Source of the DNA: a virus | IMG/VR virus record: IMGVR_UViG_3300045988_119718 | Location: 96,001 to 160,000 of that record | DNA: 64,000 nt | Reading direction: 5' to 3' (one strand) | Shown: positions 36,652 through 45,685 of the stretch, one piece after another | Numbering within the stretch: the stretch's first letter is position 1 | Layout of the letters: each line of letters opens with the position of its first letter | Translations under genes and position numbers: made by a program | Notes under the pieces: generated by a model | What the model saw: only the letters and a program-made list of their open reading frames with translations | Databases searched by the model: none | What the model was told of the DNA's origin: nothing

Positions 36652-37812
36652 TCATAAAGCTAAATTCTGATTACCTGATAAGAATCTTTTAGAATAGTAA
36701 TCTAAATTAAATTCTCTAGTATCTTTATCTAAATATTCTCTACTAATATACTTATCAAAACATTCTTTTTCAATATCATAGATGACTTTTCTAGATATAC
36801 ATTTATTGTATGAGTTAAATATGTATCTAGTTTCTAATGGGCATTCTGTGCAATATGAAACATGATTACACTGAATACATCTATCAATGTTTTCATTTAA
36901 AAGATTAGTATATAGATTAGTAAAATTAGACATTGATTTAGAATCAAACCCAGTAGAAATATTTCCTAGTACTAAATCATTATTATTATCTAATAATCCA
37001 TCTATTTCTTTTAAAAGTAAACATGGATAAATATCCCCATTAGGCACTACCATAAACATCTTTCCGATATATCTGCATTTATGGTCATAAATAAAATCAG
37101 GGTTTATAAATTTATTATAAATCATATATGTAAGATTATCCAAATCAAAATCATACTGATTATACAGCATATATATTTTATGCAGCTGATGTATAAAGAT
37201 AGTTTTAAACTCTTCAGTATTATAATATTTAGAGTATTCATCATTAAAAATAAAATAGTAAGATAACTTCTTACACCCTTGTTCTAGTGCATATTGAATA
37301 GAGTCAGCTAAATAACAAATATTGTCTTTAGTAACTGCTATAGCTATCATAACTTCATTATTATACTTAGAACAGCCTACTTTATCAACAATAGTAGACA
37401 ACTGTTTATCAGTAAGATGAGTTTGGGCTATTTCAGAAGCATGAATACCATCCCATGATATTTTAACTGATTCAGGAGAAATTATCTTTATTAAATCATT
37501 CATAATAAAGTTGTGATTAGTACCATTAGATACTATACCAATCTTAACTGTTGTATCTTTATATCGCTCAATCTTTTTTAACTCTTTGCATAGATTATAA
37601 AGCTCATTAGGATATATAGTTATCTCTCCCCCTAATAAGTTTATATATAACTTAGGGCCGATATTTAAGGTCTTTAAAAACTCTACCAGCTCTTTGCCTT
37701 TATTGAATACATTGTGCCTAGACCTAGAGTTATTAGTCTCAAAGCAATATTTACAATTCAAATTACAATAGTCATTAAATTTTATCCCTAAGAAATCAAT
37801 TTGCTCATACAT
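36652..37812 (-). CDS. Radical SAM / SPASM-domain enzyme (386 aa), putative peptide maturase number 3.
   Basis: Radical-SAM cluster motif CNLNCKYC (CxxxCxxC). C-terminal SPASM-like cysteines: C..GDIYPC ... CIQCNHVSYCTECP. Confidence 0.7.
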   Translation of the reverse strand: MYEQIDFLGIKFNDYCNLNCKYCFETNNSRSRHNVFNKGKELVEFLKTLNIGPKLYINLLGGEITIYPNELYNLCKELKKIERYKDTTVKIGIVSNGTNHNFIMNDLIKIISPESVKISWDGIHASEIAQTHLTDKQLSTIVDKVGCSKYNNEVMIAIAVTKDNICYLADSIQYALEQGCKKLSYYFIFNDEYSKYYNTEEFKTIFIHQLHKIYMLYNQYDFDLDNLTYMIYNKFINPDFIYDHKCRYIGKMFMVVPNGDIYPCLLLKEIDGLLDNNNDLVLGNISTGFDSKSMSNFTNLYTNLLNENIDRCIQCNHVSYCTECPLETRYIFNSYNKCISRKVIYDIEKECFDKYISREYLDKDTREFNLDYYSKRFLSGNQNLAL

Positions 37813-38992
37813 TTTTCATACCTAATAGCTTAATAAAATTGCTTACTAATTCGGCTTCTTCATCATTTTTCTGTATTGCTTCTATATTATTAATTCTATT
37901 AAAAGTATAATTATCCATCTTAGTAGTGGAGATATCAGTAGATAATGCAAACTTCAAATCTTCTGGTGAAGTATTAATAATCTTACCATTTAAAATTTTT
38001 TCATTATTAATTGCAATAGTAGCATATTTTCTTAACAATACTGCATACTTAATAACTTTAGATCTATCATAATAAGATAATCCTCTAAGAAGAGTCGGCA
38101 TATTGGTAAGACCATCATTGAACAAGTCGATGATCTTGTTCAATAATTTTTTACAAGTTGTAATTCTTTCTGCTCTATTTGTATTACTGATAGAAAATAA
38201 TAAGTACATCAGCATAGTATCACAGAATCTGAGATAACCATAGTTATACTTCTTATATTGATAATCTCCTATTTCACTATATAAGAAATTATCAAGCTTA
38301 TTATACAAATCCTGAAGATCTATTTTAATTCTATTATCTTCTAAAAGTTGATTGATATTATGAATATAGAAGCATACCCAATCACAGAATTGGGAGTTAA
38401 TATTATCTTTATCACTAGAATACTCTAAAGTCTTATTATAATACTTTTTAATAGTATTCATGCATTTGGATGTAATATCTTCTTCTGACATAGAATTTGT
38501 AATAAAGTCTTTAGAGATACTGTCTATAAGAATCTTGTAAGCAATATAGTTATAATAAATAAATTTACTATAGTTTTTAGATTCATGAGATTCAAAATAT
38601 TTAATAAAGGTTTTCATATAAGAGAAATAAACATCTTTTTTATTAGAATCATTAAAATCTATAAATGCAATTAATAATGCTAAATAGTTTTCATCATCTA
38701 ATGCTTTAGTATTATGAATATATTCTTCTCCAATAAAATCTTTACTAATTATTTCAAATTCTTGAAGTAAAATTGGTTCATTTTTTAATGATTCTTCAAT
38801 AGAAGATTTAATATCAGAGTATACTTTCTTATTATCTTCATTTTCTATAAACAAAGAAGAATATTTAATATATTCTTCAAATGTAGTAAAAGAATTATAT
38901 TTATCAGATAGAGCGTTAAGTTTATCTATTACATCAGATACTTTATTCTCTAATATATAATTATAAATTCTTTCTGGTAAAAAATATATCAT
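37805..38992 (-). CDS. Hypothetical protein (395 aa) embedded in the radical-SAM cluster.
   Basis: ORF. Translationally coupled to its neighbours. Confidence 0.4.
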   Translation of the reverse strand: MIYFLPERIYNYILENKVSDVIDKLNALSDKYNSFTTFEEYIKYSSLFIENEDNKKVYSDIKSSIEESLKNEPILLQEFEIISKDFIGEEYIHNTKALDDENYLALLIAFIDFNDSNKKDVYFSYMKTFIKYFESHESKNYSKFIYYNYIAYKILIDSISKDFITNSMSEEDITSKCMNTIKKYYNKTLEYSSDKDNINSQFCDWVCFYIHNINQLLEDNRIKIDLQDLYNKLDNFLYSEIGDYQYKKYNYGYLRFCDTMLMYLLFSISNTNRAERITTCKKLLNKIIDLFNDGLTNMPTLLRGLSYYDRSKVIKYAVLLRKYATIAINNEKILNGKIINTSPEDLKFALSTDISTTKMDNYTFNRINNIEAIQKNDEEAELVSNFIKLLGMKNV

Positions 38993-38993
38993 A

Positions 38994-40046
38994 TTAAACC
39001 TCCATATCTACATTATTAACCTTATATAACCAATTCTTATATCGCATAATTATTTTATAAAGTTCTGCTAATTCTTCATGATTAAGACTTGCTAAATATT
39101 TAGTAATAAGATTATCATAAACTTTCATAAGTTTACATGTTTCTGGTAAATAATTATCTAACCATTTATCACCAAACTTTAGCATTCTTTCATATCTACA
39201 TCCACCATCGCAAAGGTAAAAATATTTACAATTTTCTATCTGACAATCTTTACTGGTACAACGCTTCTGTATTTTATCAAAGTCTTCATATTTCTGTTCA
39301 GTAAATGCGATAGAAGTGCATGATGACATAGTTTTATCTGTAAGATAAGACTGTTCTTTACCTGCTGCGCATGACTGCATTGGTGCTCTATTAATATATG
39401 CCATTATCTTATTAAGATTTTCTGTATATGGATGCTCTAATGTACCTTCAAAAGTACAATAAAGATTCTCTTCTAAATCTTTAAACCATTGATCGTCATG
39501 GTCTTCACCTCTAGCAATACAGTATTGACCATTAATATGAAACTCTTTATCTAATCTATGGAATAACTTATTAAGTCTAGGTATATCTTTTACATTAGCA
39601 TTATTAATTACAGTCTTAATATCAAAGTGGTCTAGTCCTTCAGATATAGCATAATTAATATTATTCAATACTCTATCGGCAATACTTCTACCAGAAGTAT
39701 CTACTCTAGAATCTTTAAATCCATCCCAAGAAATTTGTAATTCTATATGCCATTTCTTTTGGAACTTAATAAACTCTTTCCAATTAGCCATACTAGAAGT
39801 TATAACTTGAAAGTTCATTTGATCGTGATACTTTTCTAAGGTGTATTCCATTAAGTCTAATCTCATTAATGGTTCTCCACCAAAGAATACCACTCTATTT
39901 GGTTTATTTTGCTCTATACACTCATCTATATCTTTTTCTGTAAGACAATCATTATTATACTTGATATAACAATAATGGCATCTATTAGGACATTGATTGG
40001 TTAAAAATAAATATATTTCTTTATACATTAGAATCCACCACCACAT
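38994..40046 (-). CDS. Radical SAM / SPASM-domain enzyme, putative peptide maturase number 2. The start is probably MYKEIYLF at 40031.
   Basis: CPNRCHYC (CxxxCxxC), FFGGEPL, and a C-terminal Cys cluster: CAAG...C...CTSKDCQIENCKYFYLCDGGC. Confidence 0.7.
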   Translation of the reverse strand: MWWWILMYKEIYLFLTNQCPNRCHYCYIKYNNDCLTEKDIDECIEQNKPNRVVFFGGEPLMRLDLMEYTLEKYHDQMNFQVITSSMANWKEFIKFQKKWHIELQISWDGFKDSRVDTSGRSIADRVLNNINYAISEGLDHFDIKTVINNANVKDIPRLNKLFHRLDKEFHINGQYCIARGEDHDDQWFKDLEENLYCTFEGTLEHPYTENLNKIMAYINRAPMQSCAAGKEQSYLTDKTMSSCTSIAFTEQKYEDFDKIQKRCTSKDCQIENCKYFYLCDGGCRYERMLKFGDKWLDNYLPETCKLMKVYDNLITKYLASLNHEELAELYKIIMRYKNWLYKVNNVDMEV

Positions 40047-40519
40047 TTCTTATCATGACATGTACCACCATGGCATGATTGGCAAGATATTTGGCAAGTA
40101 GACTGACAAGATGCTTGACATACAAGTTTGCATGGGCCTGCCCAATAATCATCAGACTTAGAATTCATTTGCTGTAGTAAAAGTTTTGCTATATTATAAA
40201 TAATACCTATATCATTAGCTGTAATTATTTTTTGTTTTTGAACTTTATTGTTGATATCTTTTAATTGATTATAGTTTGCTGAAGTAGTTCTAGAAAGCTG
40301 TGTAATAGTTTTACTATAACCATTACCACCTTTTCTACTTATTTCGTTATCAGTAACAGCATTAATAGAATCTAATTCTGTAATATTTGTAAGCAAACAA
40401 TTTATCGTATTATTAAAGAAATCATTTGTAATGAAATGATCTTTAGCAGGAGAATCTGGTAAATAATATTTTACAGATTGTCTAATTACTTCTGTAGCCA
40501 TTAGAAACCACCCCCACAT
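40028..40519 (-). CDS. Cys-rich precursor protein B (about 157 aa from MATEV...) with a SCIFF/ranthipeptide-like C-terminal core, LVCQASCQSTCQISCQSCHGGTCHDKKCGGGF.
   Basis: Seven Cys with C-x3-C spacing at the extreme C-terminus. The core is identical to that of precursor A. It lies immediately upstream of a radical-SAM/SPASM gene. Confidence 0.65.
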   Translation of the reverse strand: MWGWFLMATEVIRQSVKYYLPDSPAKDHFITNDFFNNTINCLLTNITELDSINAVTDNEISRKGGNGYSKTITQLSRTTSANYNQLKDINNKVQKQKIITANDIGIIYNIAKLLLQQMNSKSDDYWAGPCKLVCQASCQSTCQISCQSCHGGTCHDKKCGGGF

Positions 40520-40911
40520 TTCTTATCATGACATGTACCACCATGGCATGATTGGCAAGATATTTGGCAAGTAGACTGACAAGATGCTTGACAGACTAAT
40601 CCACATGTACCATTGTTATTCCAATATTTCCAAGAATGTTCTTGCAATACATTGGAAATAGATTTACATAAATTATATATAGCTTTAGCATCATCTGCTT
40701 TAATAACATCACCTTGACTGATTAAGCTAATAATAGAATGAACAGTTTTAGGAACACCAATTCTAGAATATTCTATAATCTGTTTCTTTCTATATTCGTC
40801 TTTCTCTAATTCATCTATATTAGATAACATAGTCTCAATCATGTTATCATAAATAGTCTTACTAGAATTGACTAAATTATAGTGTATACCATTATTTACT
40901 ATCTTTTCCAT
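40501..40911 (-). CDS. Cys-rich precursor protein A (136 aa) with the identical C-terminal core, LVCQASCQSTCQISCQSCHGGTCHDKKCGGGF.
   Basis: Same as precursor B. The N-terminal roughly 100 aa are unrelated to precursor B. Confidence 0.65.
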   Translation of the reverse strand: MEKIVNNGIHYNLVNSSKTIYDNMIETMLSNIDELEKDEYRKKQIIEYSRIGVPKTVHSIISLISQGDVIKADDAKAIYNLCKSISNVLQEHSWKYWNNNGTCGLVCQASCQSTCQISCQSCHGGTCHDKKCGGGF

Positions 40912-42322
40912 TATCTTCTACACCACCTTTATTATTCAATGAATATAAAATCATAGTCATAAGAATTTCAGATTTCTTTCTAAAGTATTCTTCAAATGTA
41001 GGGAATACATTATCAGAACCCAAATTATTAATCATTTCTTTAAGATGAATCAATCTAAGCTTTAATGCAAAAGTATTAGATAAATCCGCAGTATCCATAA
41101 TCATATCGATATACTTCTTAATCTCTAAATTAGTCTTAAGAATATTTAAGTATCTACTTCTAATATTAGTAGCATTAAGAATCTCAGCTTGCTTAATAAT
41201 AATTACATCGGTCATAATCTTATGAAGATCACAATAAGATTGTAAGACTTTATTCTCATCACCATTTTCTCTAAGGTTTTCTTCAGGGCAACCATTCTTA
41301 CAATTTCCTTTAGCTTTACAAGTTTCACATTCTTCTTTTTGATATACTGCTTGTTTTTCTTTTCTATCAGTATGGACTTTGGTTTCATCTACGTCAGTAT
41401 AGATATTACCAATCTTCTGTACTAATTTAATTTCATCCTTAGAAGTTGGTAATTGATGGCATGGATAGATATCCCCATTATAATCAATAGTACACCATTT
41501 ATTCAATCCAATAGGGCAAAGTAAATCATCAGATACTTCTGGTTCCATAACCTGTCTCATAAAGTCATCTATATTCTTAATAGCTATATTTCTCTTAGAA
41601 CCTTCTTCATTAAGTTTATCGACATACATATCCACTAATTCAATATAGTTTTCTTTATAGTCATTCAGTTGTTCTTCTGTCCACTCTACATCAGTTACTG
41701 GCATAGGACAAATAGAATCTATTCCTAAAGTATTTACTAAGTAATCTACACCATCATACATATACTTTGCATCTTCTGGTAAGATAGTCATTCTAGCTTC
41801 AATAAATACTTTCAATCCATTAGTAATAAGAATCTTTAAGTTCTTTACTACTTGATTCCATGAATTAGAACGGTTCTTATCATGAACATGTTTAATACCA
41901 TCAATAGATACTAATAAACCAATATTATTATCATCTACGTATTGAATGAAGTCTTTTGGCAAGAATGATAAGTTAGTAGTCATACCATAATCTACTAATC
42001 TATGATGCTTATTATTATCATCTATAACTGCTTTAATACATTCCCAATTCAATAATGGCTCTCCACCAAAGAAATTGACTTGGAACCTTCTATTAAAACC
42101 AGATAAATCATTATATGCCAGTCTCATAGCATCTACTGCTACTTCTGGCTTCATATATTTTTTATTTTTATCTTTTTCAAAACAATAGATACATTTAAAA
42201 TTACAATCATTAGTAATATCCAATGTGATAGAATCACAATCATAGACTTCTCTAAATGGTTTCATAATTATTCCTCCTAAAAAATAAATTATTATAATGT
42301 AAAAAAGATTATTAGTAGCCAT
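40892..42322 (-). CDS. Radical SAM / SPASM-domain enzyme, putative peptide maturase number 1. The start is probably MKPFREVY.
   Basis: CNFKCIYC (CxxxCxxC), FFGGEPLL, and a SPASM cluster: CPIGLNKWCTIDYNGDIYPCHQL...CETCKAKGNCKNGCP. Confidence 0.7.
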   Translation of the reverse strand: MATNNLFYIIIIYFLGGIIMKPFREVYDCDSITLDITNDCNFKCIYCFEKDKNKKYMKPEVAVDAMRLAYNDLSGFNRRFQVNFFGGEPLLNWECIKAVIDDNNKHHRLVDYGMTTNLSFLPKDFIQYVDDNNIGLLVSIDGIKHVHDKNRSNSWNQVVKNLKILITNGLKVFIEARMTILPEDAKYMYDGVDYLVNTLGIDSICPMPVTDVEWTEEQLNDYKENYIELVDMYVDKLNEEGSKRNIAIKNIDDFMRQVMEPEVSDDLLCPIGLNKWCTIDYNGDIYPCHQLPTSKDEIKLVQKIGNIYTDVDETKVHTDRKEKQAVYQKEECETCKAKGNCKNGCPEENLRENGDENKVLQSYCDLHKIMTDVIIIKQAEILNATNIRSRYLNILKTNLEIKKYIDMIMDTADLSNTFALKLRLIHLKEMINNLGSDNVFPTFEEYFRKKSEILMTMILYSLNNKGGVEDNGKDSK

Positions 42323-42350
42323 ATAAACGGCTACTAATATTTTCTACTAA

Positions 42351-42962
42351 TTATTCTTCATCATCATCATCTTTATGCTCACGAATATAAATAGCATTCC
42401 CTCTGATGGTATCTCCACCAGAACGCCATTCATCTCCATCTTTAAGAATAGCTAAATCCCATCTAGTAATACCATCACTAGGCTGTGGATCAGACCATAC
42501 TGCATATGGTTCATGAAGATACAATCCATCTTCATTATCAGCAGCTTCACCATGAGTCATAATTCTATCTAAATCAATAGTTAAATCTAAAGCATCTGCT
42601 GCTGCTTCAGTCAATGCACATAAAGACCAAATCTGAGCATCAGTTGGGGGGTATGGCCCTAAGTCATATCTACCATCTGGCCAGCACATAGCATTATAAG
42701 CACAACAAAGAGCTATTGCAATAGATCCAGAGTTTCTCTTATATGTAGCAGCTACAGGCTCATTTACATCGCCAGTATAATGAATATTACCTTCACCATC
42801 AATACAGAAATTATAGTCATCATAAACGTTCGTATAATTATCAGCAGTCCAGTGTAAATAAATTTTTGCGTCTCTATCATACGCTTTAGCGTTTTCCCAA
42901 ATATAAGAATATGCATCAGAAATAATTTGCTTAGCTTCTTCTATAGATACTATTCTATCCAT
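42351..42962 (-). CDS. N-acetylmuramoyl-L-alanine amidase (Amidase_2 / T7-lysozyme-like); an endolysin or virion lysin candidate.
   Basis: IYLHWTAD, NSGSIAIALC and THGEAAD align to the T7 lysozyme motifs IFVHCSAT, NHNSIGVCLVGG and AHHEVAP. Confidence 0.65.
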   Translation of the reverse strand: MDRIVSIEEAKQIISDAYSYIWENAKAYDRDAKIYLHWTADNYTNVYDDYNFCIDGEGNIHYTGDVNEPVAATYKRNSGSIAIALCCAYNAMCWPDGRYDLGPYPPTDAQIWSLCALTEAAADALDLTIDLDRIMTHGEAADNEDGLYLHEPYAVWSDPQPSDGITRWDLAILKDGDEWRSGGDTIRGNAIYIREHKDDDDEE

Positions 42963-43297
42963 TCTTTTCCCTTTCTTTTTGTTAATAGATTATATAAAGC
43001 ATTTTTCATAGCAGAATAAGAAGAATAAGTTTGTGTATAGATAGCATCTTTGTTTTCAACTGTAATAGTACTAATTTTAGACTTTTTATTGTAAGTTTTA
43101 TATTCAGTATTATTTACTTTTTTGAATAATGCATTAGGATAATTAAAGAATACATCACATGGATTCGTATTAATAATAAATTGATTTAGTGATAAAACGA
43201 TGTCATTTAGTGTAAGTTCATTATACTTAGATAGTATAAACTTAACCCAAACATAGTTATCATTATCATTCTTTACTTCAATATAGAAATATTTCAT
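42950..43297 (-). CDS. Hypothetical protein (115 aa).
   Basis: ORF only. Confidence 0.35.
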   Translation of the reverse strand: MKYFYIEVKNDNDNYVWVKFILSKYNELTLNDIVLSLNQFIINTNPCDVFFNYPNALFKKVNNTEYKTYNKKSKISTITVENKDAIYTQTYSSYSAMKNALYNLLTKRKGKEWIE

Positions 43298-43337
43298 TAT
43301 TATTTATACCCCTAATCTATACACAAACTAAAATAAA

Positions 43338-44444
43338 TTATCTCATATTATTCATATCTAAAATATAGTTAATCACTGGAGCAATAGCAGCAGCTTTAGC
43401 TTCTGCTTTCTCTTCTTCTTCTTTTTTAACGTATTCTTCTGTTTTCCAGTTCTGAGGAATTGTAGTATCTTTATAAACTTCGTTTACAAATTTACCACCA
43501 TTGATAGTAATAGAAGCTGTATCTTTATTGGTTACACCAGAAAGTTCAATATCGAAAGTACCATTCTCAATCGTAATCTTAGCTGATTCAGTCCATTTAG
43601 TACTTGTTCCTGGAAGAGTTTCAGGAGCTGAGGAAGATTTATCATATTCTACAGCACCTACTACTTTACCAGTGAAGTCCTTACCAAAAGTAATTACTGG
43701 AGCAGCATTATAATACTTCTTTAATAATCCATAATAGCAGTCAAATGCTACTCTACGGAATCCATCAGTATTAGGTGCATTGATAATTGTATTACCTTTG
43801 CAAGTTAATCCACCATAGTTATTGGATACTGCATATGCACACTGAGTTCCTTTAGAAATATCTACAGTTACATCTTCTAATACTAATTCAGAATAGTTCT
43901 GAATAAACATTTTGCAATTTGCAAAGTTAGTAGTAAGAGTACCATTCTTAAAAGTAACTTTACAACCTTCCATAAGTCTAAATGCAATAGTCTGATATTT
44001 AACACTAGCACCTACTAATGGAAGTTTAGAAACATTTACGGTATGACCATTTAAATCAAATGTAATGTATCTATCTTGAGTATGGTCATTTTCTACACCA
44101 ACTTGAGTACCACAAGTATCAATATCTTCTAAAAGAGTAATTGTAGTTTCAGTCTTAGGTTTAGCTGCATTTACTGCTTCTTGGAAAGTAGCATATTTTA
44201 CACCATTAGATTCAATTACATATTTTACAGCTTCAGTAGCACTAAATTCAACAGTAGTATCTGATTCTGCTACAGTATAAGTCTCTTTATTTAAAGTACC
44301 AGCTTTATAGCCTTCACTAGCTACAATAGAAGCAATGAGTTCTTTACCAGTTTCTACAGTATCACCATCATGATAAGTTTTAGAATCTAAATCTGAAACT
44401 GTAATAACCTGATTAGCAGATTGAATAATTTTTAAAGTTGCCAT
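43338..44444 (-). CDS. Tail-fibre-like protein (368 aa) with an N-terminal repeat module.
   Basis: LKIIQSANQVITVSDLDSKTYHDGDTVETGKELIASIVASEGYKAGTLN. The C-terminus is acidic and Ala-rich. Confidence 0.45.
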   Translation of the reverse strand: MATLKIIQSANQVITVSDLDSKTYHDGDTVETGKELIASIVASEGYKAGTLNKETYTVAESDTTVEFSATEAVKYVIESNGVKYATFQEAVNAAKPKTETTITLLEDIDTCGTQVGVENDHTQDRYITFDLNGHTVNVSKLPLVGASVKYQTIAFRLMEGCKVTFKNGTLTTNFANCKMFIQNYSELVLEDVTVDISKGTQCAYAVSNNYGGLTCKGNTIINAPNTDGFRRVAFDCYYGLLKKYYNAAPVITFGKDFTGKVVGAVEYDKSSSAPETLPGTSTKWTESAKITIENGTFDIELSGVTNKDTASITINGGKFVNEVYKDTTIPQNWKTEEYVKKEEEEKAEAKAAAIAPVINYILDMNNMR

Positions 44445-44464
44445 AATTTATAAATCCTTTCTTT

Positions 44465-44893
44465 TTAATAATCGGTTAAAGTAGGAGTTTTATTATTTAT
44501 TTCAGGAGAATATTTTATATAAAATCTGTCTATATAAGATTCACCACCACGAACACCAACGTACACCCTAATAGAGTATCGCTTATTCGGAGTTACACCA
44601 ATATATCCTAGAAATGAAATCGTCTCGCCATAATCACCACCACGGTACCATTGTTTGTTATTACTAAATACAGTCATACAAACTGGGTAATCCTCCTCGT
44701 GAGACGAACTAGCACTTGCATATACTTCAATCACATGTATACCATTAGGAATTGTGATAGTTCTAGTAATATCATCATTATAAGTATTTTGTTCATTTAC
44801 CAAATACCCTGTTGGTATGCTTACGGTTGCTGGGCTAGCCGTGAATGTTAGCCCCCCCCCAATTATACCTTTCATTGTTGTAGCCATATACAA
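44465..44893 (-). CDS. PolyG-family small protein (142 aa, MYMATTMKGIIGGGLTFTASPATVSIPTG...YSPEINNKTPTLTDY); phase-ON as sequenced (G9).
   Basis: Intact ORF with the family N- and C-terminal motifs. Confidence 0.55.
   Translation of the reverse strand: MYMATTMKGIIGGGLTFTASPATVSIPTGYLVNEQNTYNDDITRTITIPNGIHVIEVYASASSSHEEDYPVCMTVFSNNKQWYRGGDYGETISFLGYIGVTPNKRYSIRVYVGVRGGESYIDRFYIKYSPEINNKTPTLTDY
44852..44860 (-). repeat. Homopolymeric G9 tract.
   Basis: Read directly from the sequence. Confidence 0.9.
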
Positions 44894-44918
44894 CTACCTT
44901 CTTTCTTTTTAATCGTAT

Positions 44919-45674
44919 TTATGATACTATAGTGTATTGTGATGCAGATAATCCAGCACCATCGAATCCTGCTGGTGGATTCTTAATCTTAACATTTCTA
45001 AGTTTATGAGAATAGTTAAACATTTCATTCCAATGCTTGCATGATTTCATATCAATTACACCTTTAATGGTAGTAAGATTATAGCATTTATAGAACATCA
45101 AGACCATATCAGTTACTTTAGAAGTATCAAAATTAGATATGTTCAATGTGGTAAGATTATCACAGTTAGAGAACATAGAGGCCATACTTTCTACATTAGA
45201 AGTATCGAAGTTGGATAAGTCTAACGATGTAAGATTACGACAATCCCAAAACATACCTTCCATAGTATACACATTAGAAGTATCAAAGCTAGATACATCT
45301 AATGAAATAAGTTTAGAGCAGTTAGAGAACATAAATTCCATATCTATTGCATTAGAAGTATCGAAATTAGATACGTTTATTGAAGTGAGTTTAGGGTGAC
45401 CATAGGCATTTTTAAACATACCTTCCATAGTATATACTTTAGAAGTACTAAAATTAGATAAGTCTAATGAAGTAAGATTATCAGTGCAGTGACCAAACAT
45501 ATAGCTCATACTCATTACAAAACCATCACATGTAACTGTAGCTTGACCTGGGACTGATGTATCTATTTTATCCACACAGGATTTATCATCCCAATTATCA
45601 TTATACCATGGACTAGAACCTTTAGCTATAAAAATTTGATCTTTGAAGGCTGCATAGCTAACAGTAATAGTCAT
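44919..45674 (-). CDS. BspA-type leucine-rich-repeat receptor-binding module (251 aa). As sequenced it is a separate ORF lacking an N-terminal anchor domain.
   Basis: Tandem LRRs (LTSLDLSNFDTSNV..M..MF). Collinear with the C-terminal half of ORF 1..1008. There is no Shine-Dalgarno site other than the G-tract itself. Confidence 0.55.
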   Translation of the reverse strand: MTITVSYAAFKDQIFIAKGSSPWYNDNWDDKSCVDKIDTSVPGQATVTCDGFVMSMSYMFGHCTDNLTSLDLSNFSTSKVYTMEGMFKNAYGHPKLTSINVSNFDTSNAIDMEFMFSNCSKLISLDVSSFDTSNVYTMEGMFWDCRNLTSLDLSNFDTSNVESMASMFSNCDNLTTLNISNFDTSKVTDMVLMFYKCYNLTTIKGVIDMKSCKHWNEMFNYSHKLRNVKIKNPPAGFDGAGLSASQYTIVS

Positions 45675-45685
45675 ATCACTATTAA

